Shown here one piece after another: positions 17,297 to 26,662 of a DNA stretch of 33,907 nt. The DNA comes from a virus. Taxonomy: Duplodnaviria; Caudoviricetes. Location: IMG/VR virus record IMGVR_UViG_3300030330_004915, positions 1 to 33,907 of that record; one strand, written 5' to 3'. Both the position numbers and the translations under genes were made by a program. The stretch's first letter is position 1. Each line of letters starts with the position of its first letter. The notes beneath the pieces are model-generated. The model was not told the origin of the DNA. It searched no databases and saw only the letters and a list, made by a program, of their open reading frames with translations.

Positions 17297-19152
17297 TTTA
17301 CAGGAACTTCAGACAAAACGGTTTCAGCTGCCTCTTTCATCTGCGTTTCAAGAACAGACTTATAGTGCTCCTCTTCTCCCTCAATGACTTCGAACACGAG
17401 TTCGTCGTGAACCGTGGCGATAGGACGGAATTTATCGCTTACAAATTTTCCTAGGCGGGCGATTGCAAGCTTCAGTATGTCTGCCCCTGCTCCTTGAATC
17501 AGAGTATTCGCACAAGTGGTCATTGCTGCATCGTCGTAGCTCAGCAACCTTCTCCGTCCAATAGGAGTCCGAACGTAAGTCCACCCGTCCTGTACCATAG
17601 CGTTTCTTTCTCGATGCCATTCACGCAATCTCGGATAAGCGCGATGGAAACCAGCGTGGGCTACCTTCGCCTCTGACATAGTGATGATGTTACCCGAGCT
17701 GGCGGCATAAGTTTTGTACTTTTTGAAACCCATCCCATAAAGCAATGCAAAATTCAAAGTCTTCCCCATTTGTCTTTGCGATTTTTCAACCGACTCGATC
17801 GGCACGTTGTAAATGAGACTCGCGGTAAGCGAGTGGAGATCTGCTCCCTCTTGAAATGCTTGGATCATTTGTGGTATTCCAATCAGCTCTGCAGCAAGAC
17901 GAAGCTCAATCTGTGAGTAGTCCGCGATAACGAATCTATAACCAGCAGAAGGCACGAAGCATTCCCTGAACTCTTTGTCACGAGGCACTTGCTGGATGTT
18001 GATACCCCACTGTTCTTTCTTTTTCTTGCCTGTAACTCGCTTAGCTCCTGAGCTTGTAAAGCGTCCGCTGTTCGCACCGTAAGAGTTATACCCACTATGC
18101 ATGTGACCGGACACAGGGTTGATGTTGTCGATTATTTTTTCTACATGAGCTAACGCCGTTTCGAGCTTTGTTCTTTTTCTCAAAAGATTCAGCGTGGGGT
18201 CATCACTGTCAAATTCACTCAGAGCGACCTGAGACAGCGTTTGCTTTCCTGTTCGTGCATCAACTGGTAAATCAGTTCCGATCGCATTAAAGCACTTGAT
18301 GCATTGTTGATTGGATCCAGGATTGAACTCCTTCTTTGGGTTTTTTCCGATGGCGATTGATCCATCAGGGAGTTTCGGGAGTTTCTTGTCATCGGATAGA
18401 CGACTATCTAAGGACTCACAAAATACTCTAGTAGCTACGTCAAGCTCTTTCTTTTTCTGTGCTTGTAGAAGTTTCACTTTACTAACATCCACATTAAAAC
18501 CATAGTGACACATCAGTGCCACAGGGCGAATGACCTGACTCTCCAAACCGTAGACCTCGAGCAGGTTCTCGGCTGCAAGCTCTTGTAATTGAAGAGATGC
18601 AATCTTAGGCAGTATGTCAACGTCTTTTGCTGCGTATTCGATTTGTTCCATTGTCAGCTCAAGCTGACTCCAATCCGATACCTGCTGCTCTTTAGAAATT
18701 TCAATCTCGAGTCTTCTCTCGACGACTGCTTTGAGTGAGCAGCTAACGTCACCAAAGAAAACTTTCTCTGTTTTTGGACTGACTTTCTTCTCCTTGAAGC
18801 CAGCTCTTAGACAACGCTCAGCTATGAAGGTATCGAATATCTTTTTCTTGTAGTCGATTCCAAGTTTGAGAAAAAATTGAAGGTCAAAGTTTGCGTTGTG
18901 GAAGAGAAGCATTGATCGAGACTCGATCAGAGCCTTGAGCCCATCGATGTTCTCGCATTTGAACAAGTCAATGACGTAGACAACTCGGTCTTCTTCGTCT
19001 TCTTTTGTCGAACAAAGTTGAAGGAGACGCGGCTCGTGAACTCTTGCATCAAGCCCCGTGGTCTCAAAATCACAGCAAAGCTTTTCGATCGTCCAGAGTT
19101 CTGCAAGAGCACTCTCGAACTCAAATCTGGTGGCTACGTAACGGATTTGCAT
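17257..19152 (-). CDS. polA: family A DNA polymerase with 3'-5' exonuclease domain
   Basis: Exonuclease motifs DFETTGL, HNANFD and YAAKD. Polymerase motifs DYSQIELR, RQMGKTLNFALLYG and VHDE. Confidence 0.97.
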   Translation of the reverse strand: MQIRYVATRFEFESALAELWTIEKLCCDFETTGLDARVHEPRLLQLCSTKEDEEDRVVYVIDLFKCENIDGLKALIESRSMLLFHNANFDLQFFLKLGIDYKKKIFDTFIAERCLRAGFKEKKVSPKTEKVFFGDVSCSLKAVVERRLEIEISKEQQVSDWSQLELTMEQIEYAAKDVDILPKIASLQLQELAAENLLEVYGLESQVIRPVALMCHYGFNVDVSKVKLLQAQKKKELDVATRVFCESLDSRLSDDKKLPKLPDGSIAIGKNPKKEFNPGSNQQCIKCFNAIGTDLPVDARTGKQTLSQVALSEFDSDDPTLNLLRKRTKLETALAHVEKIIDNINPVSGHMHSGYNSYGANSGRFTSSGAKRVTGKKKKEQWGINIQQVPRDKEFRECFVPSAGYRFVIADYSQIELRLAAELIGIPQMIQAFQEGADLHSLTASLIYNVPIESVEKSQRQMGKTLNFALLYGMGFKKYKTYAASSGNIITMSEAKVAHAGFHRAYPRLREWHRERNAMVQDGWTYVRTPIGRRRLLSYDDAAMTTCANTLIQGAGADILKLAIARLGKFVSDKFRPIATVHDELVFEVIEGEEEHYKSVLETQMKEAAETVLSEVPVKCDANVGVSWAEK

Positions 19153-19158
19153 GGCATT

Positions 19159-19188
19159 AAAAAAGGGCTGCTTCAGTTGCAGCCCTTT
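19159..19188 (-). terminator. intrinsic terminator
   Basis: Perfect AAAGGGCTGC/GCAGCCCTTT stem with a T6 tract on the minus strand. Confidence 0.8.
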
Positions 19189-19206
19189 GACTTTAGCGGT
19201 TGTTTC

Positions 19207-19986
19207 TCAGCTCACACGATTGTTCCAGTAGTTAGTAATGAACTCATCTGCATCGGCCCAGGTGTCGGCAAGGACTTTCCCAGACTCAGTAAGTTTCATC
19301 TGATAAACCTTACGACGCAAATGCTTCTGGACTCCGGAGAGCTGTTTGTCCTGTGAACCGTAGGAGATCTGCTCATCGAGTTCAATGAAACCACCTTGCA
19401 CGAGGAAGCTACAACCATCTCTCAGTGTCTGGTACACGTTGGACGTGTGGTAGGTCTTCACACCCCGCTTTGGCTTGGCAACAATCGGGTGATACTTTCC
19501 CTTGAACCTTGCAAAACCGTTGAAAAGATCAGACTTTGAGTCAACTTTTCGGCGAGCTAAAGTGTTCACCATCGTGACGGCAACATCCCTCATGGTTGCC
19601 TCCCTAACTGTCACCAGATGGCTTAGAAGCATCGCAGCACCTGCGGTTCTGCCATTCCTTGCGGTCAGGAGGGTATCGAGTGCAGACTCAAGTGAAATTT
19701 TGTCCACTTGCAAAGTCGCCATGCTTGCTCGTGGGGATTTTTCGCGAGACTTGCTTTTGATTTTGATTTCTGGGTGCGAAATAGCCAGCTTTGCAGCGAG
19801 TGCGGCAAGGTCAGGATTCTTCTTTTCAATGCTTAGTTTGAAAAGATTTTTGAAATCAAGCAGATCAGTGTCTAGATGATCAATTAAGTCGACTGAGAGA
19901 GTTGAAGTCTGGTTGTCGAGTGTTAGAAGTGTTTTGGCTTCGGATTCTTTGAGGTCGATGCCTGCAATTTGAAACTTGACGTTCAT
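19207..19986 (-). CDS. putative winged-helix DNA-binding protein
   Basis: C-terminal YQTLRDGCSFLVQGGFIE...RKVYQMKLTESGKVLA fits a wHTH wing. Confidence 0.55.
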   Translation of the reverse strand: MNVKFQIAGIDLKESEAKTLLTLDNQTSTLSVDLIDHLDTDLLDFKNLFKLSIEKKNPDLAALAAKLAISHPEIKIKSKSREKSPRASMATLQVDKISLESALDTLLTARNGRTAGAAMLLSHLVTVREATMRDVAVTMVNTLARRKVDSKSDLFNGFARFKGKYHPIVAKPKRGVKTYHTSNVYQTLRDGCSFLVQGGFIELDEQISYGSQDKQLSGVQKHLRRKVYQMKLTESGKVLADTWADADEFITNYWNNRVS

Positions 19987-20008
19987 AAGGATGTCAATCA
20001 ACAACGCC

Positions 20009-20036
20009 AGCGTAATGTCAATATATTTTTAGTCAA
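20009..20036 (-). promoter_or_regulatory. possible sigma70 promoter
   Basis: TTGACT-16 nt-TACGCT upstream of the wHTH gene. Confidence 0.4.
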
Positions 20037-20407
20037 CTCTTCTTCGATTTTGTAATATCCTTTTCAACATCACGCACTATGTGCCACAGTTCGTATGCAG
20101 TGCAATTAATTACGCTGTGCAGTTCTTTGAGAGTGTCAAAAGAGTAATTTTTACTTATGTATGGGCCGACCAAGACAGTTTTTTCTGATCGAGTTCGACC
20201 GTCATGACCTATCATCAACACATTGAAGACTTCCGGACCAGAAAGGTAAGTAATCAATTTATTGTCGTAGGACGCTACTCTTTTTGATTCTTGGTACTGA
20301 GTAAGGCACGAGGCTATCCAATGAAGCAACTCGTCATTGCCTAAGTCTCGGACGTACTTGGCCGCAAGAGTATCAAGTGATTTTATGGTGTCTTTTAAAA
20401 AGTACAC
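20033..20407 (-). CDS. hypothetical protein
   Basis: 124-aa ORF with a GTG start. Confidence 0.6.
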   Translation of the reverse strand: MYFLKDTIKSLDTLAAKYVRDLGNDELLHWIASCLTQYQESKRVASYDNKLITYLSGPEVFNVLMIGHDGRTRSEKTVLVGPYISKNYSFDTLKELHSVINCTAYELWHIVRDVEKDITKSKKS

Positions 20408-20448
20408 ACCGTTAGTGCAAACCTGCGTGTCTTAAATTTAGACCTGAC

Positions 20449-21990
20449 TCATCGAATTGCTTTTTGAAATAAGTCAGCGGACTCTGCATCTTCACAGATA
20501 TCAACTGTTTGAACGGAGTCACAAAACATTTCGAGAGATGCACTTTTTCTACCGATGCAGAAAGCATGCACATCGATGTCATTGTTGTCTTTGAATAGAT
20601 TAAACTTACGTACAGTATTATCAGTTACCTGACATTGACCGTCTGTAATGATGAGCACATCAGCTCTTGAATCAATATCTGCTGTGCTGAAAGCGTGTCT
20701 CATGACTTGATCAAATGACGTGCCACCTCTTGTGTACCAAGCAAGGATGAAGTTCAGAAGATCCTTTGCGTCACCTTGGCGTGGTTCGATGGTGATGCTT
20801 TGATCAATCCCGGTGTCGAAAAGGTGTACCTGCACCTGCCTCTTTGTCTTGTAGCACTCCTCTGCAATGACATAGGCCATTGCTTTCGACCAAAGTTCGT
20901 TCTCTCCACACATAGATCCTGAGATATCGACATACAAAACAACTGGTCCCTGAACAAGTTCTTTTGATCTTGCTTCAAAGTCTTTCGTCAAAATAGTTTT
21001 TTGAGAATGCTTCAAGGCAAAAAGTGCTCTCCCTTTTTTAGACGCAGCAAGTGCCAGTTCTGCAGGGAAAGCTTTAGTTACATCGTCCGACATGTTTGCG
21101 CCGACGATATCGCTATAGGTAGAAGTATGCTTTTTTGCCCTTTTCCGCTGGTTCCACGCCTGTTTCATGGCACCGAGACGACGAGCAAAATCCATCAATT
21201 TTTTGTTCTTCTTCAAACGTGAAGCAAGTTCTTGCTTCTCGTTTACATTTTCAAGCTTCACACCAAAACCTTCGTTGTCGCCCGCCAGGCAGTTAAGAGC
21301 TGAAGATGTAGAGTCACTATCTTTTTGTGCTTGTTCAATGCTCTTGTCGATCTCTGATTTGTTCGTTGAATGAACGTTGTTCAAAATGTCTTCGATACTC
21401 TCCCCGAGTTCCTTCCCCTTTTGCCTTAACTCTGCCGCCCGCGTGGTGTCACCAGCTTTCATTGCCTCGACAAACGATTCTCTCAAACCCTGCAGCTCTT
21501 CTGCCATTGATGTCAGGGCTGCATGAACTTGAGCATTCTCCTCGAGCATTTCGTTGAGTACGTCAGACAGTTCGTTTAACACGCAGACCGCTGCATTTCC
21601 TGACTCAAAATGTTTGCCCAAACAGTTTTCTTGAAAAGCAGGATATGCAGGACTGTTTGCTACATCGATGAGAATCTTTGACCAAAGAGTGTATTCAGGT
21701 TTGAATCCTTTAGGTGCATCAGGATTCAAACCATCTTGTTTTGCACGAAAATAATCTTCAATATCATCGAGCGAAACCACAGGCGTGGCCTCACCTCCGC
21801 AGTAGAAAAATTCAAACAGCTCCTTACCAAATCGGCTGAGTTGCCTGATCTCAAACTGATCAGCGAAGTATTTGACCTGAGGTTTTGCATCTCTTACAAA
21901 GTCAGGCCAAAGAAAGTCGGTCAGTGCGGAGACTTTGAGAACCAGCGGGTCTGATCCAGCGAGACGAAGAAAATCAATGGTGTGATTCAT
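20449..21990 (-). CDS. vWA domain protein, ViaA-like
   Basis: MIDAS motif VDISGSM, GGTSFD, IITDG, and GxxxSDDV...PAEL upstream. Confidence 0.9.
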   Translation of the reverse strand: MNHTIDFLRLAGSDPLVLKVSALTDFLWPDFVRDAKPQVKYFADQFEIRQLSRFGKELFEFFYCGGEATPVVSLDDIEDYFRAKQDGLNPDAPKGFKPEYTLWSKILIDVANSPAYPAFQENCLGKHFESGNAAVCVLNELSDVLNEMLEENAQVHAALTSMAEELQGLRESFVEAMKAGDTTRAAELRQKGKELGESIEDILNNVHSTNKSEIDKSIEQAQKDSDSTSSALNCLAGDNEGFGVKLENVNEKQELASRLKKNKKLMDFARRLGAMKQAWNQRKRAKKHTSTYSDIVGANMSDDVTKAFPAELALAASKKGRALFALKHSQKTILTKDFEARSKELVQGPVVLYVDISGSMCGENELWSKAMAYVIAEECYKTKRQVQVHLFDTGIDQSITIEPRQGDAKDLLNFILAWYTRGGTSFDQVMRHAFSTADIDSRADVLIITDGQCQVTDNTVRKFNLFKDNNDIDVHAFCIGRKSASLEMFCDSVQTVDICEDAESADLFQKAIR

Positions 21991-23174
21991 TTTTGGTATC
22001 TAGAAATGGATTCGGCAATTGCATCAAGGTTGTGATTGATTTGCTGGCAAACTTTCGTAGCTTTCATCCGTGCTGAGGCAGTAAATCGCACGCTGTCACT
22101 GTCCAAAGTCTGTTCTGTTTTCTCCGCAACTTTCTTCATGTCTGCGTGAAGCTTCTTGAGTTTGTTGACGTGAAAGTTGATTTCTGAAAGCTGATTAATC
22201 TGCTTGGTTCTGAGAGCATTGAACTCGTTCATGATGTGCGTTGAAGCACGCTGTGCTGACTTGACGAACTTGTCAGCGGTCGGCACACACTGATCCACAA
22301 CCTCTTTGATTACAGAAACATCTTCTGGTGTTTGATAAACGATGTGATGCAGAGTGTCGTGAAGAAAATCAGCGTGGAGATTGTCTTCACCTTGTACAAC
22401 TGCCCAGCCTCTCAAGAACTTGAGAATCTGAACACGACGTCTATCCGAAACTTGAATGCCTCGGCTTTCGAGCATCTCCATACACTCGGTGAACGCATTG
22501 ATGAATTCCTCATGGACCTTCACGGCGTTAGCAGCTTCGCGAAGTTGCACCAAGCTTTTGTACGGCACGCCAGTGTGTGCCTCGATAGTTGGCCGCGACT
22601 CACCCAACGCCCACTCGTAAAGAAGGCGTTTGCTAGTGGGCTTCTTCAGACCCTCTACAGTTGGTCGGAACAAGAAGCGATCACAAAATGCTTGCAGGGA
22701 TTCCTCGGTTGGAAATGAGTTAGTCGCTGCGACAACAGAAACTATGTCTGTTTCAATAAGCTCTTTGCCGTTGTTGAAAGTTCTTTCATTGAGGAGCTGC
22801 AGAAGCGAGTTCAAGACTGCAGAGCTGCCTCTGAACAATTCATCAAGAAAAGCAATGTTGCAGTCGGGAAGATAACCAGTGACGTCTCTGGTGTACTCAT
22901 CCTCAAGAAGCTTAGACACAGCTACTGGACCGTAGAGTTCAGAAGGATCCGTGGTCGGAGAGAGCAGGTAACTAAAAAACTTGCTGTTGAAAAAACCTTT
23001 TGAGATAGCACGAACAAGCTCAGACTTTCCTGTGCCGGGAGCACCGAACAAGAAACAATTTTGTCCAGTAATTACGGAAGCCAGAACTCCGTCGATTACT
23101 TCTGTTCGCTCAAGAAAAGATTTGTTTAGCTGTGTGCGAAAGCTTTGAAATTGCTGAAAAAGATTGTCGTCCAT
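21987..23174 (-). CDS. MoxR-family AAA+ ATPase, RavA-like
   Basis: Walker A GAPGTGKS, Walker B FLDELFR, LNSLLQLLNER, ATN, DRF and VSDRR. Confidence 0.92.
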   Translation of the reverse strand: MDDNLFQQFQSFRTQLNKSFLERTEVIDGVLASVITGQNCFLFGAPGTGKSELVRAISKGFFNSKFFSYLLSPTTDPSELYGPVAVSKLLEDEYTRDVTGYLPDCNIAFLDELFRGSSAVLNSLLQLLNERTFNNGKELIETDIVSVVAATNSFPTEESLQAFCDRFLFRPTVEGLKKPTSKRLLYEWALGESRPTIEAHTGVPYKSLVQLREAANAVKVHEEFINAFTECMEMLESRGIQVSDRRRVQILKFLRGWAVVQGEDNLHADFLHDTLHHIVYQTPEDVSVIKEVVDQCVPTADKFVKSAQRASTHIMNEFNALRTKQINQLSEINFHVNKLKKLHADMKKVAEKTEQTLDSDSVRFTASARMKATKVCQQINHNLDAIAESISRYQK

Positions 23175-23234
23175 GATCAAAAGAATTTACGTTTCTTGGA
23201 GTGAAGGTGTAGTGATTGACCGTGAAGAAGATTC

Positions 23235-24434
23235 TTAAAAGTCGCAGTCTTCTGTCGACTTGACTTCGGCATCCTCAAGCTCCGAAGCAATTGCTTCCAA
23301 GTGGGAGTTAGCAACCAAGCGTTCCTGGCACTTATTGAAAATCTGTGAAAGGTGTTTTGCACGGTGCTTATAAACGCTTGTCTGCGTTTCAAGCTCCGTC
23401 TGATACGTTTTGAGCTCATAGATGGTCTCGCACTTGGTAAGGCAGGTGATTAGATCTTGATACGTGTTCGAAAGAGTAAGAGACATTTGCAAAGACTCCA
23501 AGCCTTTTGATGAGTCTTTACCTTTGACAATCGCTTGAGCTTCTTCTTGAATCTCTTCGCGAACTTCTGCATAACGTTTGAATGCAGCCATGCGGGCCAC
23601 ACCCTTAGGTGCGTCTCGCATTGTCTCTCCAATTTCAATCAGCTCTCCGATTAGAGCCGACATTCTTCGAAGCACTGGGTTGTGCTTAGCAGAAAGTTCC
23701 AAGTCGGATTGGATGATACGCCAGGCACCACGCTTGTTTTGGTTTGTTGAGAGAACAATCTGCCCAACCTTGTGGGCGGGCCGAGCATCCAGGTCATCGA
23801 GAAGTTCAGCGATCTTGCCCATGCTTGCGTCCAGCGCACCAGCTCGAGCAGCTTTCAACACCTCTTCAGTGTTTATTGCTGCTTCGTTCTGTATGCGATC
23901 CTCAAGGCAGTCAGCATTTTCTGAGCGTTCAAGCTTCGCAGGGTAAGGACCGACGACACTGACGCTGATCGGAGAAGCAAACTCTTTTGCTGTGGGAAAG
24001 ATCTTCATGTAAGCCTCGCGCACCATCGCCAACTGTTGTCGGTCTTGAAATAAAGGCGAGAAAAAGTTATCGATAGTGCTTTCCCACTTAGTTAACTCAG
24101 TAGACCAAAGATCTTTGAGTTGTTCATTGGATTCTTTGGCCTTGGCTTTGATCTCATTGATGCGAGCCATAGCCTCGTCAAAATCATCAGGGTGAAGAAA
24201 GTGAATATCACCCTGATTGATGGTGCATCTGTCGTACAGATACCGCTGCATCAGACGAAGTTCATCAAGATACTTTTTCAAGGCACCTGATATCCTTGGT
24301 CGGATTGAGATAGCGTCTGCTTTCCTGAGCGTTTCGATAACGTCAGGCGGAAGCTTGTAATCCTCGAAAGCGATTTGTACGCTTTGACGTACAGATGCAG
24401 ATACGGAGCAGTGAAGAATAAAAACGTCGTTCAT
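23235..24434 (-). CDS. DUF3150-like helical protein
   Basis: N-terminal strand followed by EDxxLPP and long helices, located beside the AAA+/vWA pair. The family call is tentative. Confidence 0.5.
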   Translation of the reverse strand: MNDVFILHCSVSASVRQSVQIAFEDYKLPPDVIETLRKADAISIRPRISGALKKYLDELRLMQRYLYDRCTINQGDIHFLHPDDFDEAMARINEIKAKAKESNEQLKDLWSTELTKWESTIDNFFSPLFQDRQQLAMVREAYMKIFPTAKEFASPISVSVVGPYPAKLERSENADCLEDRIQNEAAINTEEVLKAARAGALDASMGKIAELLDDLDARPAHKVGQIVLSTNQNKRGAWRIIQSDLELSAKHNPVLRRMSALIGELIEIGETMRDAPKGVARMAAFKRYAEVREEIQEEAQAIVKGKDSSKGLESLQMSLTLSNTYQDLITCLTKCETIYELKTYQTELETQTSVYKHRAKHLSQIFNKCQERLVANSHLEAIASELEDAEVKSTEDCDF

Positions 24435-24847
24435 TGTGCAATCCTTTTGAAAGCCGTGGTGATCTTCTCAGTGACAAAGTCGTGAGCTTTGATCTTTAAT
24501 GATTCGATGTAAGCCTTGCGCTTGTTCTTAGCCAAACGAAGCTCCCGCTCGAGTTTCTCAATGCGGATGTCGATACGCTCGAGTTCATCGGTAGGGACTG
24601 GGACACGATTGATCCGAACCATTACCATCGCTCCCATTTCAGGGAATTTGAAGAGCGAATCTGGTCCTTGATACTTCTCAAGATCGGTGCCGTTGCCGTC
24701 AGCAATAGTCAGTGCAGAAGTCAGCGTCTTTCGAGCTTGTTCCCACGGAATGCCGAACTCGTCTTGGAGCTTAGCCAGATGATCGTCGCACTCAAGCCAG
24801 AGCGTGGCAGCTGTGCGTGCCTTGTTAACGAGATGATCGGTTTTCAT
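24431..24847 (-). CDS. hypothetical coiled-coil protein
   Basis: Starts MKTDHL and has an ATGA overlap with the next gene. Confidence 0.7.
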   Translation of the reverse strand: MKTDHLVNKARTAATLWLECDDHLAKLQDEFGIPWEQARKTLTSALTIADGNGTDLEKYQGPDSLFKFPEMGAMVMVRINRVPVPTDELERIDIRIEKLERELRLAKNKRKAYIESLKIKAHDFVTEKITTAFKRIAQ

Positions 24848-24889
24848 GTTGATTAAATGTGATGGAGTGATGTAGGGATCACACAGAGA

Positions 24890-24918
24890 ACTGTACATCC
24901 TAGTTCAACTCGTGTCAA
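24890..24918 (-). promoter_or_regulatory. sigma70 promoter
   Basis: TTGACA-17 nt-TACAGT, 43 nt upstream of the 24847 start. Confidence 0.75.
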
Positions 24919-24921
24919 CCC

Positions 24922-24937
24922 TGTAGCCTGAGATACA
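24922..24937. promoter_or_regulatory. NtcA-type binding site
   Basis: TGTAgcctgagaTACA fits tGTA-N8-TACa. It is intergenic and 3 nt from the -35 box. Confidence 0.6.
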
Positions 24938-25085
24938 TTTCAGTGACATGGCAGGTTAGTACAAACAGAAAAATGTAATTAAATACTTCTTATACAAAAG
25001 CTAATTCCATACAGATTGTCGTCGACGCTGTAAATGTAACTAAGGTTAGGGTCTGACCTAGAGAGCCTCAGCCCTCTCGATGACC

Positions 25086-25316
25086 TTAGAACTTAGGCAG
25101 AAAGCTTTCAGTCGGAAGGTCTCCGCCTTTGGAGTCGCCTGGCAACGGAAGTGCTCCGCCAACTCCTGGGATCATGTCGGTCACCATTTCAGTGACCTGC
25201 AGTTTCGCTTGCGAGATGATTGAAGGCAGCCTTGTATAAAGAAGTGCCGTGCCTGTCAGCATTCCTGCAGACATCAGGAAGCCTAGGACTGCGAGGGTGT
25301 CAATGACTTTTCTCAA
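25086..25316 (-). CDS. small membrane protein
   Basis: TTG start, (M)RKVIDTLAVLGFLMSAGMLTGTALLY, then a Pro/Gly tail. Confidence 0.65.
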   Translation of the reverse strand: MRKVIDTLAVLGFLMSAGMLTGTALLYTRLPSIISQAKLQVTEMVTDMIPGVGGALPLPGDSKGGDLPTESFLPKF

Positions 25317-25488
25317 GATACTTTTTCTCCTTGCTGTAAGGTTCGTGAGAATAAAACTCAACTAAATCATAGACATAAGGGACCAACCAAGTAGGAGGCC
25401 AGCAGTGCTTCCAGTTGTCTGGTTGCATGCAGCCGACCACCACTACTCGGTAAAAGGACCAACCGTAGTTGGCCCATGTCCTCAGTTT

Positions 25489-25830
25489 TCAGAAAGGGCT
25501 CCACTTAGCACCGGCCTTGATGCCGACGCTCAGCTCGTCGCCAGTGATGAAGGAAGCTTCACCGTAAAGAGGACCAGAACCGACATTGACCTTTCCTGAG
25601 ATCTCCAGTTCAGATTCACCTTGGTCCGGAATCAGCAGAGCAGGTCCTGCCTGAACGCTAATGCCGTTATCAAACTCATAACCTACGTGACCTTCGACGA
25701 TTGCAGCACCGAAGCCGCTGTCAGTGCCGAAGCCGGTATTCAGCTCGGGATTCACGAAAATCTCGCCTGCCATACCTGCACCGCCAAAGGTGAGGAGAGC
25801 AGCAACCGCGCCAAGAGTAGACTTGAGCAT
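25489..25830 (-). CDS. small outer-membrane beta-strand protein
   Basis: Signal peptide, amphipathic beta strands (EGHVGYE, SVQAGPA, LYGEASF) and a C-terminal Phe. Confidence 0.7.
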   Translation of the reverse strand: MLKSTLGAVAALLTFGGAGMAGEIFVNPELNTGFGTDSGFGAAIVEGHVGYEFDNGISVQAGPALLIPDQGESELEISGKVNVGSGPLYGEASFITGDELSVGIKAGAKWSPF

Positions 25831-25901
25831 GGGAAAATAAACAAAACCGAATCAAGATTAGTGAGCATAATTACTACGCTCAACTGGCACAGTGACACTT
25901 T

Positions 25902-26087
25902 TCAATCGGACCTCTTTAAGTTCTTCAATTCGTTAATAGCTTCCTGAGTAATTCGAATCTCGTTCACATCCTCGACCGGGTCCAATCGCTGTAACTCAAG
26001 TTGAAAGCTTTCGATTGTATGCGTTTGGTGCTTTGCTGGAAGACGAGAATATGTTTGTAAAAACGAATTACTTAACGGATGCTTCAT
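25902..26087 (-). CDS. hypothetical protein
   Basis: Starts MKHPLS, helical. Confidence 0.5.
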   Translation of the reverse strand: MKHPLSNSFLQTYSRLPAKHQTHTIESFQLELQRLDPVEDVNEIRITQEAINELKNLKRSD

Positions 26088-26397
26088 GCAGCGTGGGCTC
26101 CGGTACTCGCAAATAAGAATGCCACAGCCTTTCACCCTTGTCAGTCAGATGAAGAAAGCAAGTTCGCTCATCCTTGTACGCATGGGATTTTGAGATGAGA
26201 CCAACCTTGACAAGGTTCTTAAGCAGACGTGACATCGTTGTTTCAGGGATGTCTTGAAGGGCTGGGAACGAGCTGAGGTTGCAGCGCAGGACTGGATCTG
26301 GGTAACACTCAGCAAGCACTGTGAACACTGTCAATCCGAGAATGCTGGAGGCGTTCATTTCTTCCTGCATCCGGCGCAGGTATCGAGAGAGATTCAT
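26068..26397 (-). CDS. MarR-type winged-helix regulator
   Basis: TTMSRLLKNLVKVGLI...DERTCFLHLTDKGE. Confidence 0.8.
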   Translation of the reverse strand: MNLSRYLRRMQEEMNASSILGLTVFTVLAECYPDPVLRCNLSSFPALQDIPETTMSRLLKNLVKVGLISKSHAYKDERTCFLHLTDKGERLWHSYLRVPEPTLHEASVK

Positions 26398-26594
26398 TTC
26401 GAGAAAGCAGCGAGGGGAGCACAATAATAAGCGTCACCAACGACCGTGGTCAGGTGAATCAACGTTCTGTGATGAGTCTGTTTGCACTCTTGTTTTGCCT
26501 GTTTGTTTAGTTGTACTTGCATGCCTCTAGCGAGCAACATGCCAATGCCTACGCTTGCTGAGACAATTAAGAAAGTGGGAATAAATTTGTTCAT
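26394..26594 (-). CDS. small membrane-anchored protein
   Basis: N-terminal TM segment and an ATGA overlap with the MarR-like gene. Confidence 0.6.
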   Translation of the reverse strand: MNKFIPTFLIVSASVGIGMLLARGMQVQLNKQAKQECKQTHHRTLIHLTTVVGDAYYCAPLAAFSK

Positions 26595-26638
26595 TGTGTA
26601 ACGTGCGGAACTTACAGAATTTGGGTGAATGAGTTACA

Positions 26639-26652
26639 GTAACAACAGATAC
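26639..26652. promoter_or_regulatory. NtcA-type binding site
   Basis: GTAacaacagaTAC in the divergent intergenic gap, 10 nt before the DUF4278-like ATG. Confidence 0.5.
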
Positions 26653-26662
26653 AAATTTGCAA

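Noticed and set aside
17257-19152. Intein or intron in the DNA polymerase
   Set aside because: The length and motif spacing are normal and there are no splice-junction motifs.
8600-24900. Many short antisense or alternate-frame ORFs in the track
   Set aside because: They lie inside well-supported long genes and are best explained as shadow ORFs.
26595-26662. Glutamine riboswitch upstream of the DUF4278-like genes
   Set aside because: The gap is only 68 nt and I see no CGTTC...GGAAG...GAACG core.
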